A DNA stretch of 64,000 nucleotides from Flavobacteriales bacterium (GCA_038242555.1 JBBSRZ010000001.1:14062-78061); one strand, 5' to 3'. Shown: positions 1-10,161, numbered from the stretch's first letter. Program-made: numbers and translations. The notes: a model not told the origin generated them from the sequence alone.

Positions 1-91
1 AAAGCCCTCAATAATACCTTCTATAGGCAATGATGATGAATTATTAAAAAAAAAACTTAGAAGATCCAACATAATTATTTTTGTAAAAACC

Positions 92-952
92 ATGATAAAA
101 ATAACTATTTACGATTTTTATAACTTTCTACGCCGTCCCAATGATCATCAAATTCAATTAAATCTTAAAAATAAAATTTTATTTGTGCTGATTCTGTTTG
201 CTTTAGAAATTATCATTGTTCATGTTTTAGTTTTCCCATTGTTGTTTTTGATCAATTATTTTGTGCCTGTTAAACTAGATAGAATAGGGTACTCGCAAAC
301 CTTTGCATTTATGATGGTCTATGTTGTGTTTGTTGTCCCATTTTTAGAGGAATTGATATTTAGGTTTTTTCTGACTTATAGAAGAGTTAATCTGGTTGTT
401 ACAAGAGAACAATGGACGAGACTATTTCCTTACTTGGTGTATATTCCTGCTCTTATTTTTGGTTTAGTCCATATAGGTAATTATAAAAATGACAGTCTAC
501 TATTTTATATGCTCTCACCAATCATCATATTATCTCAAATAATTGGCGGTTTCGTCATCTCTTTTATACGAGTAAGGTTAAATTTCTACTATAGTACCTT
601 CTATCATTTCATGTGGAATTTCTTGTTCGCTATTGCAGTACCATTTGTGTTCTTCAGTGTTACAAAACCTTATATCGAAGAAACTTCTGCGTACAAGATC
701 ACGATTCAGGAACTGCCTTTCTTTAACGAAGACGTCGAGCAGACTTTCAGAATCGACAGCGCTCAAAACGGCATCAAGTCGATGAAACTGAAGCAATATT
801 CGATGCAGCATTTATTAGATTCTTTGTATTCAAAAGACCAATATTATGTGGATGACGTTTTGATTAATCTTGAGTTTAATTCAAAAACTGGAATGAGAAA
901 GGACGAGTTTTTAAAAGTATTGAAAAAAGAATACAAAATAATTAAGGAATAA
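92..952 (+). CDS. CPBP (CAAX/Abi) family intramembrane metalloprotease with extra soluble C-terminal domain
   Basis: Multiple TM helices; motifs EELIFR, FGLVH, FYHFMWN. Confidence 0.85.
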   Translation: MIKITIYDFYNFLRRPNDHQIQLNLKNKILFVLILFALEIIIVHVLVFPLLFLINYFVPVKLDRIGYSQTFAFMMVYVVFVVPFLEELIFRFFLTYRRVNLVVTREQWTRLFPYLVYIPALIFGLVHIGNYKNDSLLFYMLSPIIILSQIIGGFVISFIRVRLNFYYSTFYHFMWNFLFAIAVPFVFFSVTKPYIEETSAYKITIQELPFFNEDVEQTFRIDSAQNGIKSMKLKQYSMQHLLDSLYSKDQYYVDDVLINLEFNSKTGMRKDEFLKVLKKEYKIIKE

Positions 953-1146
953 ATGGAACGTACGCTTTTTGAGATATGCATCAAATTCGATCGAACGATG
1001 TAAATAAGATTTTATTTTCGCTTGCAAGCACAATTTTTCTTTGTTAATATTCTGAATAAATGAGTTGTTTGTAATTATACAATTTATTATATTTGTTCCC
1101 ACTGGAAGAACCATTAAACTCCTCGAACAAGCAAAAGCAAATTACT

Positions 1147-1569
1147 ATGAAAATACGACTTAAGAAAAAGAGACTTTACCTGAATTTAGTCTTAGCAATA
1201 ATGTGGATTGGACTTGCATTTATTAAAATATATGATAATGTTGAATTTAAATTTTCTCATTATCTAATTCTCGCCTTAGGCATTTTATATATTTTCATGT
1301 TTCTATATGACTTTAAAAATCAATATCTTACTGTTGACCGAGGAACAATACGGAAAAATATGCTGTATGGATTCGGAAGGGGAAAGATTGATATGAACGA
1401 GATCAAAATGATTAAAAAGGTAGCACGAAATTATATTTTAAAAACAGAAAACACGCGATTAAAAATCAACACAGATTTAATCGAGGAAAACTCACTTACT
1501 GACCTAAATAAGATATTAGCAAATCTAAATTTGCCGTCGGACAGAACGCCGTTTATAAACACGGTATAA
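1147..1569 (+). CDS. Hypothetical 2-TM membrane protein with soluble C-terminal domain
   Basis: ORF 1093-1569; start moved to ATG 1147 (MKIRLKKK), downstream of TATATTTG at 1088-1095. Confidence 0.7.
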   Translation: MKIRLKKKRLYLNLVLAIMWIGLAFIKIYDNVEFKFSHYLILALGILYIFMFLYDFKNQYLTVDRGTIRKNMLYGFGRGKIDMNEIKMIKKVARNYILKTENTRLKINTDLIEENSLTDLNKILANLNLPSDRTPFINTV

Positions 1570-1701
1570 CAGCCATAATTTCCTTCTTCTCTTATAAAAA
1601 CACTGGTAAAATTTTATTGGAACTTTTTTATTTCAACAATTTCGAATGGCCAAGCGGCAGCGATATAAACCTATAACTAATTAATAATTAATATAATCGA
1701 A

Positions 1702-2043
1702 ATGAAAAACACTTTGTTCTTGACTTTTCGAATTTTAATAGGAATTGTTTTAATCGCAAAAATATCCACTTGGTTTATTCAGTATAGCGACGAAACCAAC
1801 AAACTGATAACTGCTGCAATGTTTACACTGATCGGAATTGCTTATTTGGTTGGCGGATTTATCTGGAAAAAAAAGAGCACCAATATCATTTATCTAGTTT
1901 GCGGGACTTATTTAATTGCCATGAATTTCTTCAATGATTTTGCCCTAAAATCAATGATTGGAATCGTCTGTATGTTAACACCAATTTTGATTACGCGATT
2001 TTTACCAGAAACCGATGACGAAAAAGAATTAACGGCAAATTAG
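1702..2043 (+). CDS. Hypothetical 4-TM membrane protein
   Basis: 113-aa hydrophobic ORF with A-rich start context. Confidence 0.7.
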   Translation: MKNTLFLTFRILIGIVLIAKISTWFIQYSDETNKLITAAMFTLIGIAYLVGGFIWKKKSTNIIYLVCGTYLIAMNFFNDFALKSMIGIVCMLTPILITRFLPETDDEKELTAN

Positions 2044-2208
2044 TAATTGAAAATTAATCAGGATTGGAAAACATTTTGAATATCAACTTAGATTAGAGAA
2101 AACGTATATAAGTAATTCTCCGCTTGATTCAAATCACATTACTTATAAATTTTTAAAAGTCACATCAAAAACGCCGAAATAAATGTTGCGATTTAAAAGT
2201 GCGAATGC

Positions 2209-2312
2209 TGCTAACGCATAATAAGATCGTGGTTGCACATTTAATTTAGTCTAAAGTATTTGAATCTATAGAAGTAAATGCCACAAACCGATATATTGCG
2301 ACCATACTAATT
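2209..2312 (+). repeat. Degenerate imperfect inverted repeat, possibly an attC-like cassette site remnant
   Basis: TGCTAAC, then arm cgcataataagatcgtggttgcacattta (2215-2243) pairing imperfectly with taaatgccacaaaccgatatattgcg (2275-2300); no intact GTT. Confidence 0.3.
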
Positions 2313-2340
2313 TTAGATAATCGAAAAAAAGCAAATAAAC

Positions 2341-2799
2341 ATGAATAAAATGAAAATTTTTAAAAAGAGTCTGATCAGCAGTTTATTGCTACTTCTATTT
2401 TTAGTGTCAGCTAGCACTTCACTGATTGCACAAAAAAAGAAAAATGATGATCTGAAAAATTTTAAGATTACAGTGGAACAAACCCAAAACGGGATTAAAA
2501 TGCATAGTGTTGAAGGAAGTGCTTGGATTGATTTACAGTTCGGTTTAAATAAAGATCAAAGACAGGCAATTGACCAGTTTGGAATGACAGAAATGGCTAA
2601 AATTCCTGCTGACAAATCTTCAATTGAGGCAAATTATCTTTTTACCATCGCCAATACAAAAACTGGATTTTCTCTCCGAGGACTTAAAGGAACGACTTGG
2701 AAAGACTTAAGTTTTACGTTTCCCAAAAATGGAAAAGTAACGATCCATCAATTTGGAGTAACAACAGTTACTTCCAGATTTCCATTTAATTTATTTTGA
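2341..2799 (+). CDS. Hypothetical secreted protein with two internal repeats
   Basis: Signal peptide ending LIA|Q; two G-x-x-W-x-D-L-x-F...QFG units. Confidence 0.75.
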   Translation: MNKMKIFKKSLISSLLLLLFLVSASTSLIAQKKKNDDLKNFKITVEQTQNGIKMHSVEGSAWIDLQFGLNKDQRQAIDQFGMTEMAKIPADKSSIEANYLFTIANTKTGFSLRGLKGTTWKDLSFTFPKNGKVTIHQFGVTTVTSRFPFNLF

Positions 2800-3031
2800 T
2801 GCATGAAAATTAAGCAGACCTCGAAATTTAACTCGATTTAAATCAAAATTTATAACGCAAATAAAAAAAGATTGATCAATTATTTGATAGTTGGTTTTTT
2901 GCTTTTATCTCTCGTTGTTTTCTAAGTGCCGACTTATTAAAAATAAATCCGGACATTAAAATTTCGAAGTAGTAAATATCCTTAATTTTAAACTCTTACA
3001 ATCTCCTAAAAAACACAACCTAAATTTAATA

Positions 3032-3970
3032 ATGAAACAAACAATATCTACCATGCACGGCTGGAAAAGAGTTTTGTCTATCGTTCTTCCTTACTTTATT
3101 ATTATTTTGATATTTCAAGGTGTTGGTGCACTTATCGCCGGTGTTAAATTGAGTGATCTAGAATCGGAACAAACATCGCTTCAGCAATTAATTATTTCGT
3201 TTTTCGACCTCATCGGAACTTTTTTACTTCTGTGGCTCTTTATGAAATTCATCGACAAAGAACCTTTTGTTAAACTTGGTTTTCAAACGGATAATAGGCT
3301 TAAAGAGTTTGTGGTTGGGATTGCTATTGGATTTGTAATAATGGTTGTTGGATATTTGGTTTTACTTTATTCGAATGAGTTATTTTTTGTAAAAGTGAAT
3401 TTTGATCTGAAAGAATTAATACTAACAATTCTATTATTTACGATCGTAGCGATTGTAGAAGAAACACTTGTAAGAGGTTACATCTTAAAAAATCTCATGC
3501 TTTCTTATAATAAATATGTCGCACTAATGATTTCAGCGCTATTATTTTCCTTGATGCACAGTTTCAATCCGGACATGGACCTATTTTCTTTCTTTGATTT
3601 ATTTTTAGCCGGAATCGTAATGGGTTTATCGTATTTATATACCAGAAATCTGTGGTTTCCAATTGCGATGCACTTAAGTTGGAATTTATTTCAATCACTG
3701 CTCGGCTTTAATGTAAGCGGATTAAATACGTATTCCTTAATTGAATTTAAAATTAATGAACCTAATATATTCAACGGTGGCGGTTTCGGGCTAGAAGGTT
3801 CAGTATTATCGATTATCGCAGAATTACTACTGATTGCAGGAATCGGATTCTATTATCACAGAAAAAGAACTCAAAATCTCGTTCAAAATGAACTTGTATC
3901 TTCCCAAACGAGTATCCTGAAAAATAATAATCCGCTTGCATTAGACCAGAAAGTAAAGTTCACCGAATAA
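3032..3970 (+). CDS. CPBP (CAAX/Abi) family intramembrane metalloprotease
   Basis: EETLVRGY, FSLMH, MHLSWN, GGGFGLEGS motifs. Confidence 0.9.
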   Translation: MKQTISTMHGWKRVLSIVLPYFIIILIFQGVGALIAGVKLSDLESEQTSLQQLIISFFDLIGTFLLLWLFMKFIDKEPFVKLGFQTDNRLKEFVVGIAIGFVIMVVGYLVLLYSNELFFVKVNFDLKELILTILLFTIVAIVEETLVRGYILKNLMLSYNKYVALMISALLFSLMHSFNPDMDLFSFFDLFLAGIVMGLSYLYTRNLWFPIAMHLSWNLFQSLLGFNVSGLNTYSLIEFKINEPNIFNGGGFGLEGSVLSIIAELLLIAGIGFYYHRKRTQNLVQNELVSSQTSILKNNNPLALDQKVKFTE

Positions 3971-4137
3971 GAAATTATTCTGAATTTACAATTGAAGTAT
4001 CATGTTTGTAGAATTCATTTTATTATATTTATAAAGTTTTTTTTAAGAAGCCTTCTTTAGAAAAACGTGTTATTTAAAACTAAAGAATTATTACATTTGA
4101 ATAGATTACAAATAATTATCATTTTAAATAAAAATTT

Positions 4138-4332
4138 ATGAAAAACGCATTGTTTATATTAAGCATTATTTTAATTGTTGGTTCCTTTTATCTGATTCTA
4201 ATGTTTCAAAATTCGGGTAGAATCAGTTTAATTGCTGGAATAACTTCGATGGCTGGTTTCATGCTGAATATTTTCTCTTATTTAACGAAGAAAAGTAGTT
4301 CTCAGGAAGAAATAATAGTGCGGAATAACTAA
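4138..4332 (+). CDS. Small 2-TM hypothetical protein
   Basis: 64-aa ORF with two hydrophobic helices; TACATTTG motif upstream near 4092. Confidence 0.65.
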   Translation: MKNALFILSIILIVGSFYLILMFQNSGRISLIAGITSMAGFMLNIFSYLTKKSSSQEEIIVRNN

Positions 4333-4365
4333 AGTCCCGATTGCAAATTTTTAAAACTGATAACA

Positions 4366-4651
4366 ATGAAGTTATTAAATTATTTTTGATAATAATTTTT
4401 GTGACTCTTCATGTTAAAGTTTTTGCGTGTTCCGCTTTTTTCAGCAATAATCCAACGAAGTATTTCGCAAAAAATTTTGATTGGCAGGCTGGAGAAAGTT
4501 AAGATACTAATTTGATACTGGTCTTTTTGGAATTCCGAAAAACTATGGATTTTCTCACAATAAAAGAGGAGTTTTTGGCACTCCGCCGAAATATGCAAAT
4601 TTCGAAATGGACTTTCAGACCGATCAGGAAATATCCATCAAGATTAAATAA
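4366..4651 (+). pseudogene. Decayed gene remnant: Ntn/linear amide C-N hydrolase-like N-terminus joined to a DUF2141-like C-terminus
   Basis: With one T restored in the run at 4383-4387 it reads MKLLNYFLIIIFVTLHVKVFA|CSAFFSNNPTKYFAKNFDWQAGES*; 4511-4651 reads FDTGLFGIPKNYGFSHNKRGVFGTPPKYANFEMDFQTDQEISIKIK*. Confidence 0.6.
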
Positions 4652-4694
4652 TTTTTTCAGGACATTTAATAACTGATATTTTTTAGCCCAACTT

Positions 4695-5315
4695 TTACGA
4701 AGAAATATTAAACTGTTTTCGCAACATTTCAGCCACTTTACCTTCTGGATTAATTGCTTTCACTTTCTCGTTTTTAACTGTTCGATAGGTGATTGATAAT
4801 CTTCTTTCTCTATGATGGATTTCACCGTCAATAATATCTTTTTTTCTGGGCGGAATTGCATGTTTCCATTTACTTCTCGCCTCATCTTGCATCACATACA
4901 AAGAACGTCTAGGAATAAAAACATCCACGATTTCCGCATTACCATTTTTAATAAAACGCATAACACAACTGCTTCCGAGGTTGATGCCACAAATTTGGTT
5001 ATCGAAATAATTTCGGTCTTTATGCGGTCTGATTCCTTGTCCAGGCAAATATTCATTAATGATCACTTGATCAGGTTGATTGAGCAATATTTTCTGATCA
5101 ACAATGTTTTCTGATAATTGATAAACCAGCGGAGGAATAGAAACTGGGAATTTAACGAGATCGAAAGGCGTTTCTAACTCATTTCTGTAGCCATAATATT
5201 GCAATCTTCGGTCATAATCAACTACCCATGTTTGCGCTTCAATTTCATTAATCAAATCACTTTCCATCGATTCTGTTATAAAATCTTTGATGAGTAGTAG
5301 CCCTGGAACTTCCAT
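4695..5315 (-). CDS. AlkB-family 2OG-Fe(II) dioxygenase
   Basis: INEYLPGQGIRPHKD (HxD), KWKHAI, RRLSITYR motifs. Confidence 0.9.
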   Translation of the reverse strand: MEVPGLLLIKDFITESMESDLINEIEAQTWVVDYDRRLQYYGYRNELETPFDLVKFPVSIPPLVYQLSENIVDQKILLNQPDQVIINEYLPGQGIRPHKDRNYFDNQICGINLGSSCVMRFIKNGNAEIVDVFIPRRSLYVMQDEARSKWKHAIPPRKKDIIDGEIHHRERRLSITYRTVKNEKVKAINPEGKVAEMLRKQFNISS

Positions 5316-5461
5316 AGTTTTTCTTTATTTAATGTTTTCTAAGTTAAATTTAAGAATAATTTCATAAAGAGGGTCTGTTAATTCAGAAGTTTTAATTATC
5401 TTATGGTGAGAAATGTTTTAACAAAATTTCAATTTAAACTTCAATAATTTTAAACCTATTT

Positions 5462-5974
5462 ATGACTATTACGAACAGCACCCTGGACGATATTCCTGAA
5501 ATTTTCCGTTTATATAAACTAGCCACCGATTTTCAAAAAGTGCAATTTCCAGATAACCTTTGGCCAGAATTCGATCGTGATTTTATTACGACCGAAGTAA
5601 TTGAAAATAGACAATTCAAAATCGTCATCGATGATAAAATAGCCTGTGTCTGGGCAATCACTTTCAATGATGCCCAAATTTGGGAAGAAAATGAAAATAA
5701 TGATTCTATTTATATTCATCGGATCGCCACGAATCCAGAATTTAGAGGGAATAACTTTGTGCAAGCCATTACAGATTGGTCCAGGGATTATGCGCGGGAA
5801 CAAAACAGACACTTCGTTAGAATGGATACGTGCGGAAATAACGAAAGGCTGATCAATCATTACAAAAAGTGTGGTTTCAATTTCCTAGGAATGAAGCGAT
5901 TGAAAGATACCTCTGAGTTGCAAGAACACTATAAAAATGCGGAAGTCTGCTATTTTGAAATCGACTTATCATAA
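5462..5974 (+). CDS. GNAT family N-acetyltransferase
   Basis: YIHRIATNPEFRG, RMDT, N-x-x-L-x-x-x-YKKCGF. Confidence 0.85.
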   Translation: MTITNSTLDDIPEIFRLYKLATDFQKVQFPDNLWPEFDRDFITTEVIENRQFKIVIDDKIACVWAITFNDAQIWEENENNDSIYIHRIATNPEFRGNNFVQAITDWSRDYAREQNRHFVRMDTCGNNERLINHYKKCGFNFLGMKRLKDTSELQEHYKNAEVCYFEIDLS

Positions 5975-6073
5975 ATTATAATGGCGTTAAAGTATATAGT
6001 TTGAAGCAATAATACTTTATGGTTGTGCTTTTATCCTTTTAAAGCAGGATTTATTACATTACCTTTGCCAAAT

Positions 6074-7225
6074 ATGAAATATACATTAATTATTGTCACG
6101 TTCTTATTTGGTTTAACATTATTAAGCGCTCAGCAAACAGTAAAAAGTATCAAATTACAAACACCTGCCTTAGACGAAACTTCTGGTCTTGTCTTTTATA
6201 ATAACACTTTAATTACGCATAACGACAGTGGTGGACAACCAAATTTATTCGAAATAAATAGAAGCACAGGCGCTGTTACCCGAACGGTGATTGTAAGTAA
6301 TGCAACCAATGTAGATTGGGAGGATATTGCGCAAGATTCCTCGTACATCTATATAGGCGATATCGGAAATAACAGCGGAACCAGAAAAGATTTAAAAATT
6401 TATAAAATCTCCAAAGAGGATTATAATGATGGAGATGATATCGTTACGCCAGAAATTATTTCTTACTCTTACGAAAATCAAATTGATTTTACGCCGAGTG
6501 TTAACAAAACCAACTGGGATGCGGAAGGGTTGATTTCCTATAATGATAAGCTTCTAATATTTACCAAAAATTGGGTTGACAATCAGGTTAATGTTTATTC
6601 AATTCCAAAAACGAGTGGAGAAGTGCATCGTGCGGTTTTAGAAAGCAGTTACAACACCCATGGATTGGTTACTGGTGCAGATATTTCTGCTGATCAAAAA
6701 GTAATTTTCCTGACAGGATATAGCAGTACAGCTCCACCATTTATATTTACAATAAGTAAAATTCCGAGTGGTAGTTTAGATGTGTTTTCAGGAAGTATTT
6801 CTGAAAAAATACAAAATATAGTTCCTGTAGGTAATCAAGTAGAAGGAATTGCACTTTTCGAAATCACGCCCACGAAACATCGTTTATATATTTCTAATGA
6901 AAAATTTGTCCTTTCTTTAGGACCAATAACACTGCCTTTTCCCGCAAAGTTATGGACAATCGAAATTGATAATGAAGATATAACTTTGAATGTTCCCACA
7001 ATAAATTCTAACCTGGAATTCTACATTTATCCGAATCCGTTTGAAAGTTTTTTAAAATTAAGCAAGAAAGTAGATGAAATCATTATTTACGATATGTCTG
7101 GACGAATCATTACCAGACAGTATTTTGTGGAAGAACTTTCTTTAAACAACTTACAAAGCGGAGTTTATATGGCTCACATTAAGATTGGAGATTCTAAACT
7201 CATCAAGAAACTCATCAAAAAATAA
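6074..7225 (+). CDS. Secreted beta-propeller-like protein with T9SS type A C-terminal sorting domain
   Basis: ATG 6074 gives signal peptide (LSA|Q); ETSGL, DWEDIA, GDIGNN motifs; CTD YPNP...YDMSGR...GVY...KLIKK. Confidence 0.85.
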   Translation: MKYTLIIVTFLFGLTLLSAQQTVKSIKLQTPALDETSGLVFYNNTLITHNDSGGQPNLFEINRSTGAVTRTVIVSNATNVDWEDIAQDSSYIYIGDIGNNSGTRKDLKIYKISKEDYNDGDDIVTPEIISYSYENQIDFTPSVNKTNWDAEGLISYNDKLLIFTKNWVDNQVNVYSIPKTSGEVHRAVLESSYNTHGLVTGADISADQKVIFLTGYSSTAPPFIFTISKIPSGSLDVFSGSISEKIQNIVPVGNQVEGIALFEITPTKHRLYISNEKFVLSLGPITLPFPAKLWTIEIDNEDITLNVPTINSNLEFYIYPNPFESFLKLSKKVDEIIIYDMSGRIITRQYFVEELSLNNLQSGVYMAHIKIGDSKLIKKLIKK

Positions 7226-7322
7226 ACGATTTTTTGATGTCGATAATTATTTAATCCAATATTAGAATTAAATAATTTATATCTTTCTATTTTACAAATT
7301 TAATCTTCACTTGAAATTGAAA

Positions 7323-8132
7323 ATGCAGATAAAAACTTATATCATCGACGCTTTTACTACTGAGTTATTTAAAGGAAATCAGGCAGCGGTTTGTTTAATT
7401 GATGAAGAACTTAGTGAGCATACAATGCTCGATATCGCCAAGGAGTTTGGCTTTTCTGAAACTGCTTTTGTACAGAAACAGACAAATGATTCTTTCTCCG
7501 TTCGGTACTTTTCTCCGGTACAAGAAATTCCATTGTGCGGCCACGCGACGATGGCTTCTTCAAAAGCGCTTTTTACCGAACATGAAAAACTTCCTCAAAT
7601 TACGTTTCATACCCATTTAGGCGATACTTTAAAAATTACTCAAAACAACGATCAAATTGAAATGAAGTTTCCTTTACACGAAACTTCTCCAGCAGAATAT
7701 GATGATGACATTTTAAAAGCGTTAGGCCTCAACCAAATTAAAAACGCGAGATATAACGATTTTCATAATGTGCTGATGCTGGAAATTGAAAGCAGCCACG
7801 AACTTCAAGAACTAAAACCCGATTTTTCTATGCTAAGAAATATCAGAACTTCACTTAGTGGCGTTTTGGTAACTGCCAAATCTCATCGTGAAAATTTCGA
7901 TTACGAATACCGCTATTTTTTCCCGTGGTCCGGCGCAGGTGAAGATCCTGTAACGGGCGCGATACAAAGTTTTTTAGCAAAATACTGGGCTGATCAATTC
8001 AATAAAAATAAAGTAAACGCTTTTCAATGTTCAAAGCGCACTGGAACTATGGAGGTCGAAATTTTAAGTGATTCCGTAATCATTAGAAGCAATGCCGTTA
8101 TATTTTCCACAGGATTAATTAATGTAGAATAA
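7323..8132 (+). CDS. PhzF family isomerase
   Basis: DAFT...GNQAAV, SETAF, EIPLCGHAT, EDPVTG; start set at ATG 7323. Confidence 0.9.
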   Translation: MQIKTYIIDAFTTELFKGNQAAVCLIDEELSEHTMLDIAKEFGFSETAFVQKQTNDSFSVRYFSPVQEIPLCGHATMASSKALFTEHEKLPQITFHTHLGDTLKITQNNDQIEMKFPLHETSPAEYDDDILKALGLNQIKNARYNDFHNVLMLEIESSHELQELKPDFSMLRNIRTSLSGVLVTAKSHRENFDYEYRYFFPWSGAGEDPVTGAIQSFLAKYWADQFNKNKVNAFQCSKRTGTMEVEILSDSVIIRSNAVIFSTGLINVE

Positions 8133-8228
8133 AAGTAAATTTCGTCATTTCAGATATCTTTTAATTTTTAGAACAAACTTTTTTACTTGCACTAAATCAT
8201 ATATCATTTTTCAAATTATCAGCGAATT

Positions 8229-9095
8229 ATGAAGAAAATTCAACTTTTTTTTTCAGTACTTCTATTTGGTTTATTTCAGGCACAAGGCAACACGATCCTC
8301 TGGAAAGTCAGCAGTCCAGATTCACAAAACGTATCTTATCTCCTTGGGAATTTCCATCAACTTGGTGATACTTTTGTTGACTCTTACCCAATTATTGAAG
8401 ACAAAATAAAACAGGCTGATTTAGTGATCTTGGAAACTTTAGGTGATGATGTAAACGAGATAATATTCAGTCGGAAAGATAACTACGAAATACAGAAATA
8501 TTTTAGCGATAAAGAATTAGATAAAATAGCAAAAACTTCACCTGATTTTAAAAGACTTTTATATAAATATACTCCGATTGAACTGAGTTGGAAACTTCAG
8601 CAAGATTACACGAAGAAGACCTGTGGCGGAATAACTTCAGCAGATCAATTTGAAATGTTCGACGATTATATTTTCTTCTTGGCGAACAAAAACAAAATCC
8701 CGACGAAAGGACTTGCGACAATGCAGGAGCAACTTGACAATTTGAATAAACAATATCGAAATATAACGTGGAAATCAGAGAAAAAAAATATTCTATTTTA
8801 CGCAAATAATCTGCTTTCGAAGAAACCAGTTAAAATGAAAACGTGCGACGATCTGAATAATTTTCGAAATTTAAACATTGATTATTATTTTGATAAACCT
8901 TGTCATTTAGATGTTTTGCTAACGGAACGAAATGATAAATGGCTGGAGGAATTAATACCTCTACTAACACAGAAGAATACATTTATATCTGTTGGATATT
9001 TTCATTTGGGGTTTAAATGTGGTTTTATTGATAGATTGAAAAAGTTAGGATTTATCGTTGAACCCGTTCAAATGAAAAAAGAATCGATAATCTAA
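8229..9095 (+). CDS. TraB/GumN family protein
   Basis: Signal peptide; LWKVS, SYLLGNFH, ERN, VGYFHL motifs. Confidence 0.85.
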   Translation: MKKIQLFFSVLLFGLFQAQGNTILWKVSSPDSQNVSYLLGNFHQLGDTFVDSYPIIEDKIKQADLVILETLGDDVNEIIFSRKDNYEIQKYFSDKELDKIAKTSPDFKRLLYKYTPIELSWKLQQDYTKKTCGGITSADQFEMFDDYIFFLANKNKIPTKGLATMQEQLDNLNKQYRNITWKSEKKNILFYANNLLSKKPVKMKTCDDLNNFRNLNIDYYFDKPCHLDVLLTERNDKWLEELIPLLTQKNTFISVGYFHLGFKCGFIDRLKKLGFIVEPVQMKKESII

Positions 9096-9169
9096 TCTGA
9101 ATGTTTCAATAAATTCAAAATTGGCGCAGAACATTTTTTCCTTTTCATTGATTTAATTAAATTTACCAC

Positions 9170-10159
9170 ATGAGTAATTTTTTAGAATTTGGTGCTGCCA
9201 AAAAGTTGAAGGAAATGAATGAAAGTCAAAATAAAATCACCCAGTTATTTGGCATAAAATATCCAATTGTTCAGGGCGGAATGATCTGGCATTCTGGTTG
9301 GCGTCTGGCTTCTGCAGTATCGAATAATGGTGGATTAGGCCTCATCGGCGCTGGAAGTATGTATCCCGATATTTTGCGTGAAAACATTCAGAAATGTAAA
9401 GCCGCAACGGATAAACCTTTTGGAGTTAATGTTCCGATGTTGTACCCCAATTTAGATGAGGTGATTCAGATCATTTTAGAAGAGGACGTAAAAATTATTT
9501 TCACGTCTGCGGGAAATCCAAAAACTTATACCGAAACATTACAAAAAGAAGGCGTAAAAGTTGCGCACGTGGTATCATCAACCAAATTTGCCATGAAATG
9601 TGAAGATGCCGGCGTCGATGCGATTGTCGCGGAAGGTTTCGAAGCTGGCGGCCATAACGGAAGAGATGAAACGACGACGTTCTGTTTAATTCCAAATGTG
9701 AAACAACATATTTCAAAACCGTTGATCGCTGCGGGTGGAATTGCGCTCGGTTCTCAAATGAAAGCAGCCATGATTCTTGGCGCAGATGGCGTGCAGATCG
9801 GTTCTCGTTTTGCCGCAACGGTCGAGGCAAGTTCTCACGATACTTGGAAAAATAAAATTATCGCTTTGAATGAAGGCGACACTCATTTAACGTTGAAGGA
9901 ATTGGCGCCTGTTAGAATGGTGAAAAATAAATTTTTCCATGATTTAGAAAAACTCTACGACTCTGGTAGAAACATAGAAGCATTGAAAGAAACCCTCGGC
10001 AGAGCGCGCTCCAAAAGGGGAATGTTCGAAGGTGACCTTGAAGAAGGAGAATTAGAAATTGGTCAAGTCTCCGCTTTAATTAAAGAAATTTTACCCGTTG
10101 AAAAAGTATTTGAAAATCTATTGCAAGAATATCAGCAAGCAACATCATTTGACTTATAA
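9170..10159 (+). CDS. Nitronate monooxygenase / FabK-like FMN-dependent oxidoreductase
   Basis: YPIVQGGM, EGFEAGGH, AAGGI, GVQIGSRF. Confidence 0.88.
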   Translation: MSNFLEFGAAKKLKEMNESQNKITQLFGIKYPIVQGGMIWHSGWRLASAVSNNGGLGLIGAGSMYPDILRENIQKCKAATDKPFGVNVPMLYPNLDEVIQIILEEDVKIIFTSAGNPKTYTETLQKEGVKVAHVVSSTKFAMKCEDAGVDAIVAEGFEAGGHNGRDETTTFCLIPNVKQHISKPLIAAGGIALGSQMKAAMILGADGVQIGSRFAATVEASSHDTWKNKIIALNEGDTHLTLKELAPVRMVKNKFFHDLEKLYDSGRNIEALKETLGRARSKRGMFEGDLEEGELEIGQVSALIKEILPVEKVFENLLQEYQQATSFDL

Positions 10160-10161
10160 AG

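Noticed and set aside
4380-4598. 72-aa minus-strand ORF
   Set aside because: Better explained as the antisense shadow of the + strand pseudogene at 4366-4651.
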